This document shows, in pieces, positions 1 through 12,700 of a DNA stretch of 64,000 nucleotides. The notes below the pieces were generated by a model. The model did not search any database. It saw nothing but the letters and a program-made list of their open reading frames with translations, and was not told the origin of the DNA. The position numbers were made by a program, and so were the translations under genes. The stretch spans positions 2,232,001 to 2,296,000 of the forward strand of contig CATNEN010000005.1 in the NCBI GenBank assembly GCA_950097015.1. Reading direction: 5' to 3'. Within the stretch, counting starts at the first letter, position 1, and each line of letters begins with the position of its first letter. The DNA is from Macrostomum hystrix (Eukaryota; Animalia; Platyhelminthes).

Positions 1-824
1 CTCACTCTGTCATTAAGTTTAAATCTGTCATATAAAATAGACAAACAATACATTCAAATTAAATAATCGATGCCATAATTACTGTTAGGCACAGGGTCAG
101 TGTAAGAGTAATTCTTATTTTGCCTCCTAAGTTTAACTACATGGTAAGGCCACATAAATTTCGGGTGTAGCTGTGGCTACAGTTTCCTAGTTCAAGCTTT
201 TTGGGGGTTTAAATAATGCCCTTAGCACCCTTAAACCAACCCTCAATACATAGTGTGAAGATACACTGTTTGGTTAGGAGAATCAGAGTAGATATACACA
301 CCTATTTGGAAAAGTTTAAAGATAACAAAGAAAGATAACCTGCCTGCCTTAGTTACAAGTTACGAGTATATATTTAATAAATATAGGAATTTTTGTATTT
401 TTTAGCTCCTAAATTAGAAACTAATGTGGCTAGGAATTTACTATTGCACTACTTACTAAATACTGAACTGCTTGTTTTTGAGGCATATTTTCCTTGAATA
501 ATTCCTAAGCCTTAGTAGCACATAAACTACCTGATATACCATCAGCTAAATAGTAATGTCAACATAGCTCACTGAAGGCCAAATCACACCTAAAAAACAA
601 AAATACATTTTAGTAGCTAACTTAGTAATAAAAAGTCAAGATAAATTAATTTTACTTTTATTAATTTACAGCTGTTTATTTGACATTCTAAATATTTTAT
701 AATTTAATATATGATAGCTGAGCTATCTATAGACACAATCACAAGAAAGCATTATACAAGAACTAGCTAACAATTGTGCAAACTAAAACATAAAATAATT
801 TTCCTACTATAGATACACACTCAC

Positions 825-939
825 CTCGAGGTACTTTTCCTGTGCCATTGCAGGTTGGGCAGTTTACACCAGTAACGAGCTCTTCATATTGCGGAATATG
901 ACGATTGATTGAGTCGCTCTCAGAGCTAGAAGCTTGCAT
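825..939 (-). CDS. TMEM106: TMEM106 family protein, first coding exon (rest of gene lies left of the window)
   Basis: ATG at 939 reads MQASSSESDSINRHIPQYEELVTGVNCPTCNGTGKVPR, then a G|GTGAGT donor at 825/824. CPTCxGTGxxPR is the signature N-terminal motif of TMEM106A/B/C. Not in the ORF track because it is too short. Confidence 0.85.
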
Positions 940-2290
940 ATTGATTCGAAAAGCTAGCTGGATCTAGCTGATAGCTGGGTTACCTATTAACGGCTTTATT
1001 TAAAGAATATCCACACTACAGCGCTACAGCGCTAATATAGATAAAGATGAAATTAACTTATAGTTTGACAAGTAAGTGCCACGCCAGGAAAATATATTTA
1101 CTGTACGACTTTATAAGCAAATTTCAGTGATATTTTTTCAGCACGATGAAAATATGTAGCGGTGTTTCAAGTAATCGTCTAGTAAGTTAATATGTCGGAG
1201 AGCAATGGACGTGTGGGACTAACATTTAACAAAAAATATACGGGCCATTTCTATGAAAAATGCAAAATTAAATACTAGCTATTTATTAAACGCTTTAACA
1301 AAGCAGCATTAGGTAAAAACTAAAGGAACCTTAAAAACCCTATTTAACGTGCAAAACTTTCCTAGACTATTTTTTCCAATCCCATGCCTAACAGATTAGC
1401 TGGTATAGATAACTGAAAATAAATAACTAATAACCAGATGCAGTTATGACGCATGTTAGTTGCAGTGCGGCTGTACAGCTGCTTTTGACTCAATTGACTC
1501 AATGCCACGATGCATGACTGACGTCGCCATTGGGAATTAAGTGGGGGTAAGTCACTCTCAAACTTTAGCAAATGACCACTAGGAGTAAAGTCTACTACTA
1601 GTGGTCCTTGTTTAGCGGGGACAGCATGCACTTTCGCGAAATTTGTACGCGCGCTTAATCAATGCACAATATATGCACAAACACAATATAAAGCACAATA
1701 TATGCGCATGCGTTTTTTAATTGAAATGCTTGCATCGAGCGCCTGGGTATCAAGCTTTAAGCACTGCCAAAATTATTCTCCACTTTTTTAACGCAGTTGA
1801 GCGGTGCATCTGTACTGCTTATATTAAATGCTGAAATTTTCGCCTTAAATTGAAGTCAAAGGGTCATAGTCTGTATTGTTTAAACCTCAAAAATTCCGTT
1901 TTCGTTCCGTTCCCACACAGATATACCTTGCTTTTATTATGCTTATTATTTTTTACTAACCGACTTAATTTTTATAAACAAGCATTTTTATTTGTCAAAT
2001 ATATAATAAATTAATACTAACAAATGAATCAGAGATTAGGGTAGTAAAACCTTACGATTTTACTGAATATGACACTATCATCCCTTCAACTATGTAGGCT
2101 CAGCTACAATGCTAAGTTTGCACCACAACTGTTTGCTGACAGAAGCAGTGAGCAGCTTGACAGTGTGTAAACTGTTTATGATTCAAATGCGATGTGTCCC
2201 TAAGATCGTACGTGTCGCAAATATAATTAAATATTTCGTCTGCAGAGTTTCTTCTAATTGTAAATAATATATTTAAATAATAATATAGCA

Positions 2291-2545
2291 ATTGGGCCAG
2301 ATGTGCAGCCGACAGAACAGCCGAAGCTATTTCTCGGCGCATCTGAGCGTACATCGTACATGTTCAATCGGCCATGGACCGAAGGGACGCCACACCCACT
2401 CTCATTTACCCATCTTAGTGCTGGTACCTATTTAAAAGCTGGGTGAACTGAAGTATTTCGGAGTTAAGCATCTTGCTAAAGGACTCGGGAATTCTCGATT
2501 CCCGATTTTTTGTGAAGTCGGGAATTGAACCCATGACCTTCAAAT
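2291..2545 (-). mobile_element. Same SINE family
   Basis: Shares GGGCCAGATGTGCAGCCGACAG, GGTACC..AGCTGGGTGAACTGAAG and GTCGGGAATTGAACCC with the 10.9 kb copy. Confidence 0.8.
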
Positions 2546-4399
2546 CGTGAGTCCAACAAGCATCGTAAATAAAGATGTACGTAAATACTCGCAGAAATTA
2601 AACAAATAATGAAATCCTGATATTGTATTATTTTGTTGTAAACAATAAATAAACATTGCACGAAGCTTCAGTTAGTTTCGTTATTGTACGCTCGTAAAAA
2701 TTAGAAAATTTGATAGCAAGTATATGTTTTCAATTTTAGTCTCTTTAACAGATTAGCAGAAGTCTAACTGTAGACTTATTCGTATGACAAAAAATTCTTC
2801 AGCAAGAAAGTTTGTGTTCTAAGAAATTAATATTATTTAACTCAGAATTAAAACTGTAGCTATTCAATCGCATGATTTTTTAAAAAGAAAAACTGAACAG
2901 TGTATGATGTCACGAGGGTTAAATAGTTCTTTCTTTAGCTTTCAACTGGCAAAAAAGTGCGTCCAGTCTACTTTTGTCGAGTAGTTAAAAAATCAGAGCT
3001 TAAAATTGTCAAAGTCGACAAAATAGATATTGCATCCACAGACTGATATGGAAGAAATATAATTTAGCAAATTAGCAATCTGCAATGTTTTGCTAATCAT
3101 GGCATTAAACAAACGGCAATTATCAAAAGGTCGTTGAAAATAAAAAAGAGATTCTGAATAGAAAACAAATATATCTAAAGATATTAATTCAAAGCACTGA
3201 GATAGCAATAAATTAGCCAAAATAGGTTAGATATAGCACAGCCAATAGGATAACTAAACAAGAAGAAAGATGCAGTTAAAAAGAATTTTAAATATCAATT
3301 GTGAATAAAAGTCTCAGATTACATGTCAGATTTATAATAGTACGGAATGTGCTAAATAAATATAAATTGTGACAGTATAATGTAATAAGCGAATTGACTT
3401 TACAGAAAAAACGTATTTTGAATAACATTTAATAAAAGCTTGCGAACGAAAATTCCAATGGCATAAGTCAGAGCAAATGTGACTTATCGGCTCAATTTTA
3501 CTTCAACATAAAAATATGTTCAAATTTAGCAATCTAATAACAAAAAGCCAATGGACATTTCAATTAGCAAATCGCATAACGACCAGTGATTATGGCTGCT
3601 TACATACAGAGAGCATCAATATTAATTGTCAATTTTTAACGATGGTTTTATAACGATAGAAGTGCATCTACATAGAAGTAAAACAAGTGGAACTTCGCAT
3701 GAAATTTCAATAAAATTAAATAAATTTATCGCCTAAACTGACTTAAAAACGGATAGTAAATTGTTTATCTAGAAAAGGACTTCTAAAACAGTTATTCGGT
3801 TGTATATGATGCAGCAGTGCAGAAAAATTATCCGTATTCGTATTTTACGAGCGTATATACTGTCATTGTGTCATATAACCAGCTACTCTTTACATGTCTA
3901 CGGCGGTGTAAGTAATATGCAGTTAGTAGGCAATTCTCTATTGCGAAGTCAAGCATAAAAATCTCAATAGTTTTCTCTAGTGTGTTTTAAAATAACAAAA
4001 TAGTGTAAAACAGTACGAAGTATAGGAAAATCTATTGGCCATTCCTTAGAAAAAAAAATTTTAAGCGTAAAAAAGAATGTGGTAATTATCAATTTGTTCC
4101 GATTTTGCAACCGCATCAGAAATAGGTCAGATCTCGAGTGTCGTGACGGCCAAACTGTCTCAGGCTGATGCTCCCCTCGTCTGGTGGCTCTGTAACCGCG
4201 GTTTTTCAAATGCGTTTGTTATTTTCTAAACATTCAAAAAGTTTTTCACTTTCTAGGATACTTAAAAAAATTGTACGAGAAGAGTAGATAGAATAGGTTA
4301 TTCTCGACTTATGTACATGCCTGCATAGCTACTCATATATGTACACGTTATTTTTGTACTTTAACTGAAAATAAGAAGAGAAAACCAAAAGATACACCA

Positions 4400-4650
4400 G
4401 ACCCATCAGTTAGGTCGGATGTGTCGCGCAGCTGCTATCGCGCGCGGCGCATTAAGCTTGGCTGTGTACCGCTCTTCAGTCCATGGACTGGGGCCGCAGC
4501 TAAACGCACATTATATTTCCAACCCAGCTAATGCTTACAGCTGGGCGAAAATGGCACTAATTTAAAGTCTCGCACACAGATATTTTATCAGGCTGAGATG
4601 CGAACGTCTGACCTCTTGGTCAAAAAAGCCAGTGCTCTATAGACTGGGCC
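4400..4650 (-). mobile_element. Degenerate copy of the SINE
   Basis: Contains GCGCGGCGCAT, TTCAGTCCATGGACTGGG and CCCAGCT..GCT..CAGCTGGG blocks. Confidence 0.6.
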
Positions 4651-6760
4651 CCATGATCCCTAATGAATAAGAAAGAGATGAAATGAAGTTTAAAATCAAT
4701 GACAGTGTCAAAAAATTTCCGTTATAATAATTAAGCCATCAAATGCAAAAGTCGATAGATCAGGAACTCCAAGGGCACACGAAACAAAGAACACGTGAAC
4801 ACAATCTGACGATTTAAACAAAATCCAGATGCTGTACATGTAAGAGTGAAGAAGCATCGCAATATACATAGTGGGTTCTGCTTAAAACCAACAATACACA
4901 ATAAAATTCGACTCGAGCTATCGTAGTAAACGATTCATTGGTAGTTTATTATAGCTTATGTATGCTTTTCGTTCTAAAAGTCTGCATGGCGCTTAAGATC
5001 TAGTGCAAAAAATCAACAGAACTGATGAAATACGAGCTATGTACTGCAGCAATTTTTCTAGTAAATCTATAGTAAGCTATCGTGTGTATAAAAGTGAAAC
5101 TAGATCGCACACAGAGAAAATTTTAAAGGCTTTCAATATCTATAGATTCTAGATATCAAACAGAAGAAATTCTAGATAGGCTGCAGAGGAAAATGCAATA
5201 TATGGTATTTAATAGTCGAATTTATTTTCGCTACTGGTATCCACTTATTTTTACTTTCGCTTCAAGTAAAATATTTACGAGCATAAATTTATCGATTTAA
5301 AATCTGTGGCAAAATGATGGTTCAATTTGCTATTTCCTTTACAAACTTCGTTGACTAAGGCACTAATATTTGGAGAAGCTAAAGGTAGCTGTTTTTAAGT
5401 ATGAACTTCAGGCTAATATATATGCTGACTGACTCCGAGATTGCACAGTATGAACCAGCCTTCTAAATATTTTAGTGTATAGAAAATTTATTTCCGGAAA
5501 TTTTGTTGTACGTAATTTGTACTAAAATACATATTTTGTTGCTTTTCTCTATATACTACTTATCAACTTAAGCATTTCAAAGGAGACAAAATATGTGTTT
5601 AATCTGACCCGGCGATCCGACATCCTCTGGGATGGCGTTTAAACCAGTTGAAGACCGCGGAGACTTTACAATACCGACACCTCGTTGATGTTCGTTCTTC
5701 CTCTTTTTACTATGACCTGGTATAGCATGATATTTGTAGCAATAACTATATTAATAGCGAAATCATTCCTAGCAGAAAGAGTACAGTGATATTTCGTTTT
5801 TTATTGTCTTTTGTAACTATTTGTTTAGCTTAAAACTAACAACACGTTAAAACAAACTATAAAATACCTGTTATTTTGCGACATAATTAACTTCAAAGAC
5901 TTCATGCAACGACTAGCAATTAAAAAACCTGTAAAGTATCTATATTGGCTAAATTATTTTAGTTTTGAATGTGTATCGTAATTGCGTAAAAGTAAATGTA
6001 GCACCATAAATGAAAGTTGTGAAATATTCTGTTTGCGAGTAATAACAAAAACACACATCGAATGAGTTGCAAAACAAATTATAGAGCAAACAAAAAACTC
6101 GAACGTGTTGGATGCTGCCTATAAATTTTGCCGTCTATGCATACTTCTTTTTTCACCTTCGCGAGAAGATATGGATATCGATTTTAGGATTCTTAAGGAT
6201 TGTATTTATAACTAAATGCAAAAGCGTCTAAATTGGCTGTAAAATAGAGTTGCAGCTAACATTCTGTCATGCGCAGATCGATCGTGAAAAAATAGGCTAA
6301 ATTAAGTTTAATTAATAAGTTTCGATGAAAAATTATTCTTAAGTTTACTTTTAGTTTCCTAACAGTGATACCTGTTGCCCTACAAGAGCTAATTAATGGC
6401 TGAAATACTAAACGGGCATCGAATAACAAAAAGTGCAAAATGTTGCAACGTTCCTGCCTTTCTAATTCACATTACTACAACTACAACTTCTGTATAAAGT
6501 TACAAAAATGTAACAACTGTGTTGAGTTTGAGCTGTGTAGAACATAAAGAACTTTACCTAAACTACAAAATTCTTAGAAAGGAAATTGCACCTTTTAGAA
6601 GTTAGAAAGGGATCGGGGCTTTTTTAAATACCCTCATTTTTTATGCATCTCCCAAAATATTATTTCAGAATCACAAAACGTCGTCATTGCTGCGTTATTC
6701 AACGATTCTCGTCGGGGGCGTCTGGTGGCAATAATCACCAATAAGGCATAATTTCTCAGG

Positions 6761-9700
6761 TCACATAATTTCATAATGTAAACATGTCGGCTGTATAGCA
6801 ATGTCAGTTGTCCTTGTAACCACGGTCTCCGACAAGAATCGCTGAATATCTTGACGATGCTGACCTCGGACGGCTTGGAAAGTTAGTTCATCGTAAAGGG
6901 CAGAAAATTTAGATCCATATAGTGAACTTTCAGGAAAATCGGTCATTCGGTTTGGGAGCAATCGTGAAGTGGGCAGTGGGCATTTGAAATGCCCCGATGG
7001 TCTTTCCCCCGGTGGGAGGGAATAGCGTGGTCTTTCTACTTCCGAAAATACGAAAAAGAAACGAAACAAAAACACGGAAACCAACTCACCGCCGCCCTCC
7101 TTGCGTCGACGTCGCTTATCGCCTCCGTTTCTCGTCGGTGAACTCTCGCCGAACAGTCGATAGCCGCGCTGTCCTTCTGATTCTTCTTCGTCGTCTTCCG
7201 TAACCGAGCGCTCCGTCAAAGGCGGATCGTCGACCGCCACCGCAGCAGCCGGTGTAGCAGCTCCGCGCAACGCCACTTCCCCATCGATAGGCGGCGACTG
7301 CTCGTCTCTCTTTTTGCGACTCTCCTTCCGATTCTGCCTTCTCTTCTGGCGCAGGTCCTGCTGTTGACCATCTTCAACGTCATCTTCGTCCTCTTCTCGA
7401 CGATGCTGGCGTCGGCGATGACGCCGCTTTTCTTTGCCGCCGGTCGATGATGCGCCGGCGGTTTCTGTTGCGCCCGCGGGCTGCTCCGGGCCGTGAGGCT
7501 TCAGCAGCTCCGGTGTGGAGCCTTTGCCGCCGCTAAAAGTTATTTGATTGATCAATTGTTCTAGACTGTACGACGTCATGTTTTTCGTGTATCTACTACT
7601 ATATTGAGCATGCTAACACTGCTAACACCAGAAGAGATTCAGAAAGAACATGCAATCTACCAATCCACTGCTAATAGAGTGTTTCAAGCTACATCAACGA
7701 AAAACAATGCAATCTTAAACGTTGTGCAATCAGTACGACATCGAATGTCTTCAAATTAGATTGTTCTAAAAAAGTTTGGTTCATTGCTATTTTTTGACAA
7801 CCCTAGCTATGGGAAGAACACATTCACCAAGCTTGACCTAACCACGTGACTGAACTCAGCCAATGAAATTCGATGCTAAATAAAAAATCTGTATGTTACG
7901 GACGCAGGCTATATAGTTGATATTTCAGACAACATCAAATTAACTAGACACTGAGAAAAATGCAAACATAGGGAGTAGAACAGCGAAACATCTCACTTTA
8001 TCTTATCTCTTCAAGTCTCATCTCTCCCCCATTTCTCACCTCTCCGGTCTCCGATCTCTGCCCTGTCTCATCTCTCTCCTGTCTCATCTCTCTCCTGTCT
8101 CATCTCTCTCCTGTCTCATCTCTCTCCTGTCTCATCACTCTCCTGTCTCATCTCTCTCCTGTCTCACTTCTCTCCTGTTTCATCTCTCTCCTGTCTCATC
8201 TCTCTCCTGTCTCATCTCTCTCCTGTCTCATCTCTTTCCTGTCTCATCTCTCTCCTGTCTCACTTCTCTCCTGTCTCATCTCTTCTCTGTCTCATCTCTT
8301 CTCTGTCTCATCTCTCCTCTGTCTCATCTCTCCTCTGTTTCATCTCTCTCCTGTCTCATCTCTCTCCTGTCTCATCTCTTCTCTGTCTCATCTCTCCTCT
8401 GTCTCATCTCTCCTCTGTTTCATCTCTCTTCTGTCTCATCTCTCTCCTGTCTCATCTCTCTCCTGTATCATCTCTCCCATGTCTCGTATCATTTTTTCAA
8501 GCGAGGTACATAAGCTCCCGACATCTGATTTCTTGGTGCAGAAAAAGTGCAATTGAATGCTAAGGTAAAAGTGATTCAGGAAAACAAAAATCTATAGAGA
8601 AAATGTGAACAAGAACTAAGAATAGAAACAAAAAACGGGTCGCGCAAACAATGAGGTCGTATTTTGTGTCTGGTACCCACAGCTGTTTTCGCTGCAGATT
8701 TGACAAGCTGGCAACACTGCAAGCGGAATCTTCGCCGTCCGAGATGACGCTATCGATGAGTTGATGCGAATGTTATTGAAATAATTATCCACTCATTGAA
8801 TTAAATGAATCGTCTACAAGCCAACTTCCTGCTAAGTATAAAAATAACGTTAGTCAAAGGCTTACTTGATGTTTCCTGAGCTGAGTATTTTCGGCACTCT
8901 GTAGCGTTCTCGACGAATTTGAAGCTGCACAAGCGAAGGCACATCCGGTATCACTGAACTGATGAAGTACTTCAGGCCGAGTACTACGTTCTGAGTGAGT
9001 TCATATATAGCAAGTACATGTAGGATCCTGAACTGGTGTATTTTTACTGTCAAAGTGCAAGCTTCTAAAACAGGGGAGAGATGAAACAGGGGAGAGTTGA
9101 TACAGGGGAGAGATAAGACAGGGGAGAGATGAAACAGGAGAGAGATAAGACAGGGGAGAGATAAGACAGGGGAGAGATAAGACAGGGGAGAGATAAGACA
9201 GGGGAGAGATAAGACAGGGGAGAGATAAGACATGGGAGAGATGAAACAGGGGAGAGATAAGACAGGGGAGAGATGATACAGGGGAGAGATGATACAGGGG
9301 AGAGATAAGACAGGGGAGAGATGATACAGGGGAGAGATAAGACAGGGGAGAGATGAAACAGGGGAGAGATAAGACAGGGGAGAGATGATACAGGGGAGAG
9401 ATGATACAGGGGAGAGATAAGACAGGGGAGAGATAAGACAGGGGAGAGATAAGACAGGGGAGAGATGATACAGGGGAGAGGTGAGAACACTGGAGATCAA
9501 GACGTTTAACAATTCAAGACTCAAAAGAAATGGGACAGAGCGAACATCAGACACAATGTCTCATCGCTAAAGTACAAAGTATTGTGTTGAAGCACGTTTT
9601 TACCTCAACAACCAGAACGATCGCGAGCTTTGAGGTCATATTGTTAAACGAATCCGAGTATTCCGGCCTACGTATCCAAGACGCGGTGAAAGCGATTAGA

Positions 9701-12700
9701 CAAGCGTTGCTAATGACGCCGGCTACGTTCATAAATTCGACAATATCGGCCCAGATGCCGATGTTCTGAGCTATCATAGCCACTGGTCGGCGGAAATTCC
9801 ACAGCATCCGGTGGGCATCGGTGGAGAGGTCGAACAGGTTGGTGAGCAGGGCGATCAACGGTGCCAGGGGAAACGAGGCGGCGAACAGCTGAGGGCGGAT
9901 TTCGTTTGTGTTTTGAGCTTTATACGCTATATAATAATATTATTCTTAATAGGAGGATTACAGGAGTGCAGGAGGGCTGCAGGCACTAGCACACGAGTTG
10001 CCGACACAATAGACCCGCAGCCAGCGAGGAGGCAATTCTGCCCAATTCGCTGACTCCTGAGCACACTCGCACACTTATACTGAACGCAAGAACACGCGCA
10101 CACAGGTGTGTACATCTGCTCTAAATTTCTCATGGTCAGACAGTGTACACTCTCGCAGTGCCTTGAAGGTTGGCCCTCAAGGGCGTGAATTGCACGAGAA
10201 GCCCCCAAGCCCTCTTTCTCTCCACTGTTCCGTCGAAAAAAAGATAGAAATTTCGAGGGTTTTTTACGGGTTCTTGCGAAACAATTAGCGACAGTCTATC
10301 CGCCGAACTTTGAGCACACTCATACGCGAATATGATGACTCCTACTCCGTGTGTGTGTACATCTGCCCCGACTATCACTGTGCCGCGGGTCCTCATAGGC
10401 GTAAATAGAGCGACAAGCTCTCAAAAAATTATTTTTGCGACTGCGCCCCGAAGATTCCCGGTAAATAACTGATCCCAATTAAAATCTTACCAATAGGTAG
10501 CCAAGCTGGATAATTTTCTCCATATATTCGTCGATTGTAAAATTGTTAAGTTCGAACTTCTGGTACTCGTTGAAGATGTAGGCGTTGACGTCAGTGGGTC
10601 TGACCAGTGTGGATTCGCCAGTGTCAATCTGGCTACGGCTGCATCGTTTCTTCAGAGCTCGATACTGACGCATGAGGAACCTGAGTTGTTCACGGTTCAG
10701 AGTTGCTTTATTCTTATTGGTTTGTTCACTACTGTGTTATTTTACCATTACGATAAGGTCATTTTTCGATTTGTTTATTTTTTTTTGTTTCTGTACGATT
10801 AATTTTCTTTAAAAATGGTTCGCTTTACGATTGGTTAGTTTTTCGATTGGTTCATTTCAAGGTTGTCTCGTTACAGTATAATTAATAATAATAATAATAA
10901 TTGATTACACCTGCCCCAATCGGGCCAGATGTGCAGCCGACAGCACAGCCGCAGCTATTGCGCGGCGCATCTGAAGGCTGCGTACAGCTGTTCAGTCCAT
11001 GGACTGGGGGGACGCCACACCCACCTTCAATTATCCCAGCTGATGCTGGTACCCATATAACAGCTGGGTGAACTGAAGCAATGCATAGTTAAGTGTCTTG
11101 CTAAGGGACACAAATTCTTTCAGTGGAGTCGGAAATCGAACCCCCGACCTTCAAGTCGTTAGTCAGACGCCCTAACCACTAGGCTACAACCTCTACAACC
11201 TCTTCAGTATAAGACTCCTTCATAATTGATATATGTCAATTTAGTTTTAATAATTGGTTAATTCCGGAACTCTTTCTTAACAATTGACTTCAGCTGAGCG
11301 TTCTGTTGAAGCTAAAATGTGTTTTTAGCAATGAAAATCAGTCACAGTGATTCGGATTTCAGTTATAACTCACGGCAAAACATGATCCATAAGCAGTTTA
11401 GGCATCGGTTTGGCAATCATCAGGATTAGCACCTGAAGTGACAGCATCGACATACAGTTGCCATCAGTGCCGCAGGTGTCAATAAACTCCTTGCCCAGGT
11501 TGAAGATACCGTTTGGCGGCATAAACAGGTTGTCCTGTACGATAAGAAATTGGGATTTTAATCCTTAAAACGTAGCTATAATGATCGGTTTTATACTTAA
11601 GCAGATTTTGGCACGAAACCTGCTTTTAGATTCGTTTTTTATTTCGCGTGTAAAATTTAAAACAAATATCTTTTATAGCACACGTAGTCAGATGTGTTCC
11701 ATGAATCAAAGAATGAATTCCATTTATTCTATCTTACCCCGCGAAAGAAAGCAATATAGAACAACGAACTGTACGAGTTGGCGAATTGAAAAGCGAACAA
11801 CTTCAGAATCAATGCGTTGTCGTATTCGGACTGAGTCCGATGGTTTTCTAAAAGGTAGCAGTTTTTTTTACTTTTTAGATTAGAGCACAGGAAAGTCTAT
11901 CTGGTTCCTAGGTAGACGAGGTACGTACCCCAGTTTGTTAAAACGTAAGCAATCTTGTCGTAAATCTGAAAGTTGTATGAAATGCTTACGTTTATAGAAC
12001 TAAATAAGATATGCAGACAATCTGAAGGAACATTCAATACGTACCTTTCCAATCAGAATGATAAAAACAGCGTTTAATAGCGAGCTGACAACTGCATTTA
12101 AAATCAGACAGTTTGTACTGCTAACAGTTGGACAGATACGAATGGTAACAAAGATTCGATACACTATGACGGCTGCCACTCCGATAAACACGATGCAAAT
12201 CTGGAAATTTGAAAAAAAAATAATGTAGCTTTGTCTACTGTGCTACTCGTCAGTAGCTTGTCTATTTTTCATGGTTATCTGGCTTATACACAAGCTTACC
12301 ATAACCAGTAAGATGACAAACGAGGTGGCAAACTTTATGGCTTGCTGACTGCCAGGATAGTAGGAGTCCATCTTGCCCGTGATTGGATCCTAAAAAAGGG
12401 AACGGGCATAAGAATGTGGCGCGCTTGATACAACTCATGAGAGTACGATTTTATGTAGATTGCATGATTGCGTAAAAATTGCTCTTTAATCGACTGGGAG
12501 GACGAGATTTCAGGCTTAGTGTACATTAAGCTGTTTTCTAATAGGAGGGGGGCGAGATTTCATGCAGGCTTAGTGTACATTGGACTGTTTTCCAATCCAC
12601 AGGAGGGGGCGAGATTTCATGCAGGCTTAGTGTACATTGGACTGTTTTTCAATCCATAGGAGGGGGGCGAGATTTCATGCAGGCTTAGTGTACATTGGAC

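Noticed and set aside
1362-6438. Short ORFs in the left AT-rich spacer
   Set aside because: No recognisable motifs or splice context; several overlap SINE copies.
8640-8760. Extra anoctamin exon (VISDGEDSACSVASLSNLQRKQLW)
   Set aside because: Weak splice sites, and the flanking exons (8866 and 7532) already join in the correct phase without it.
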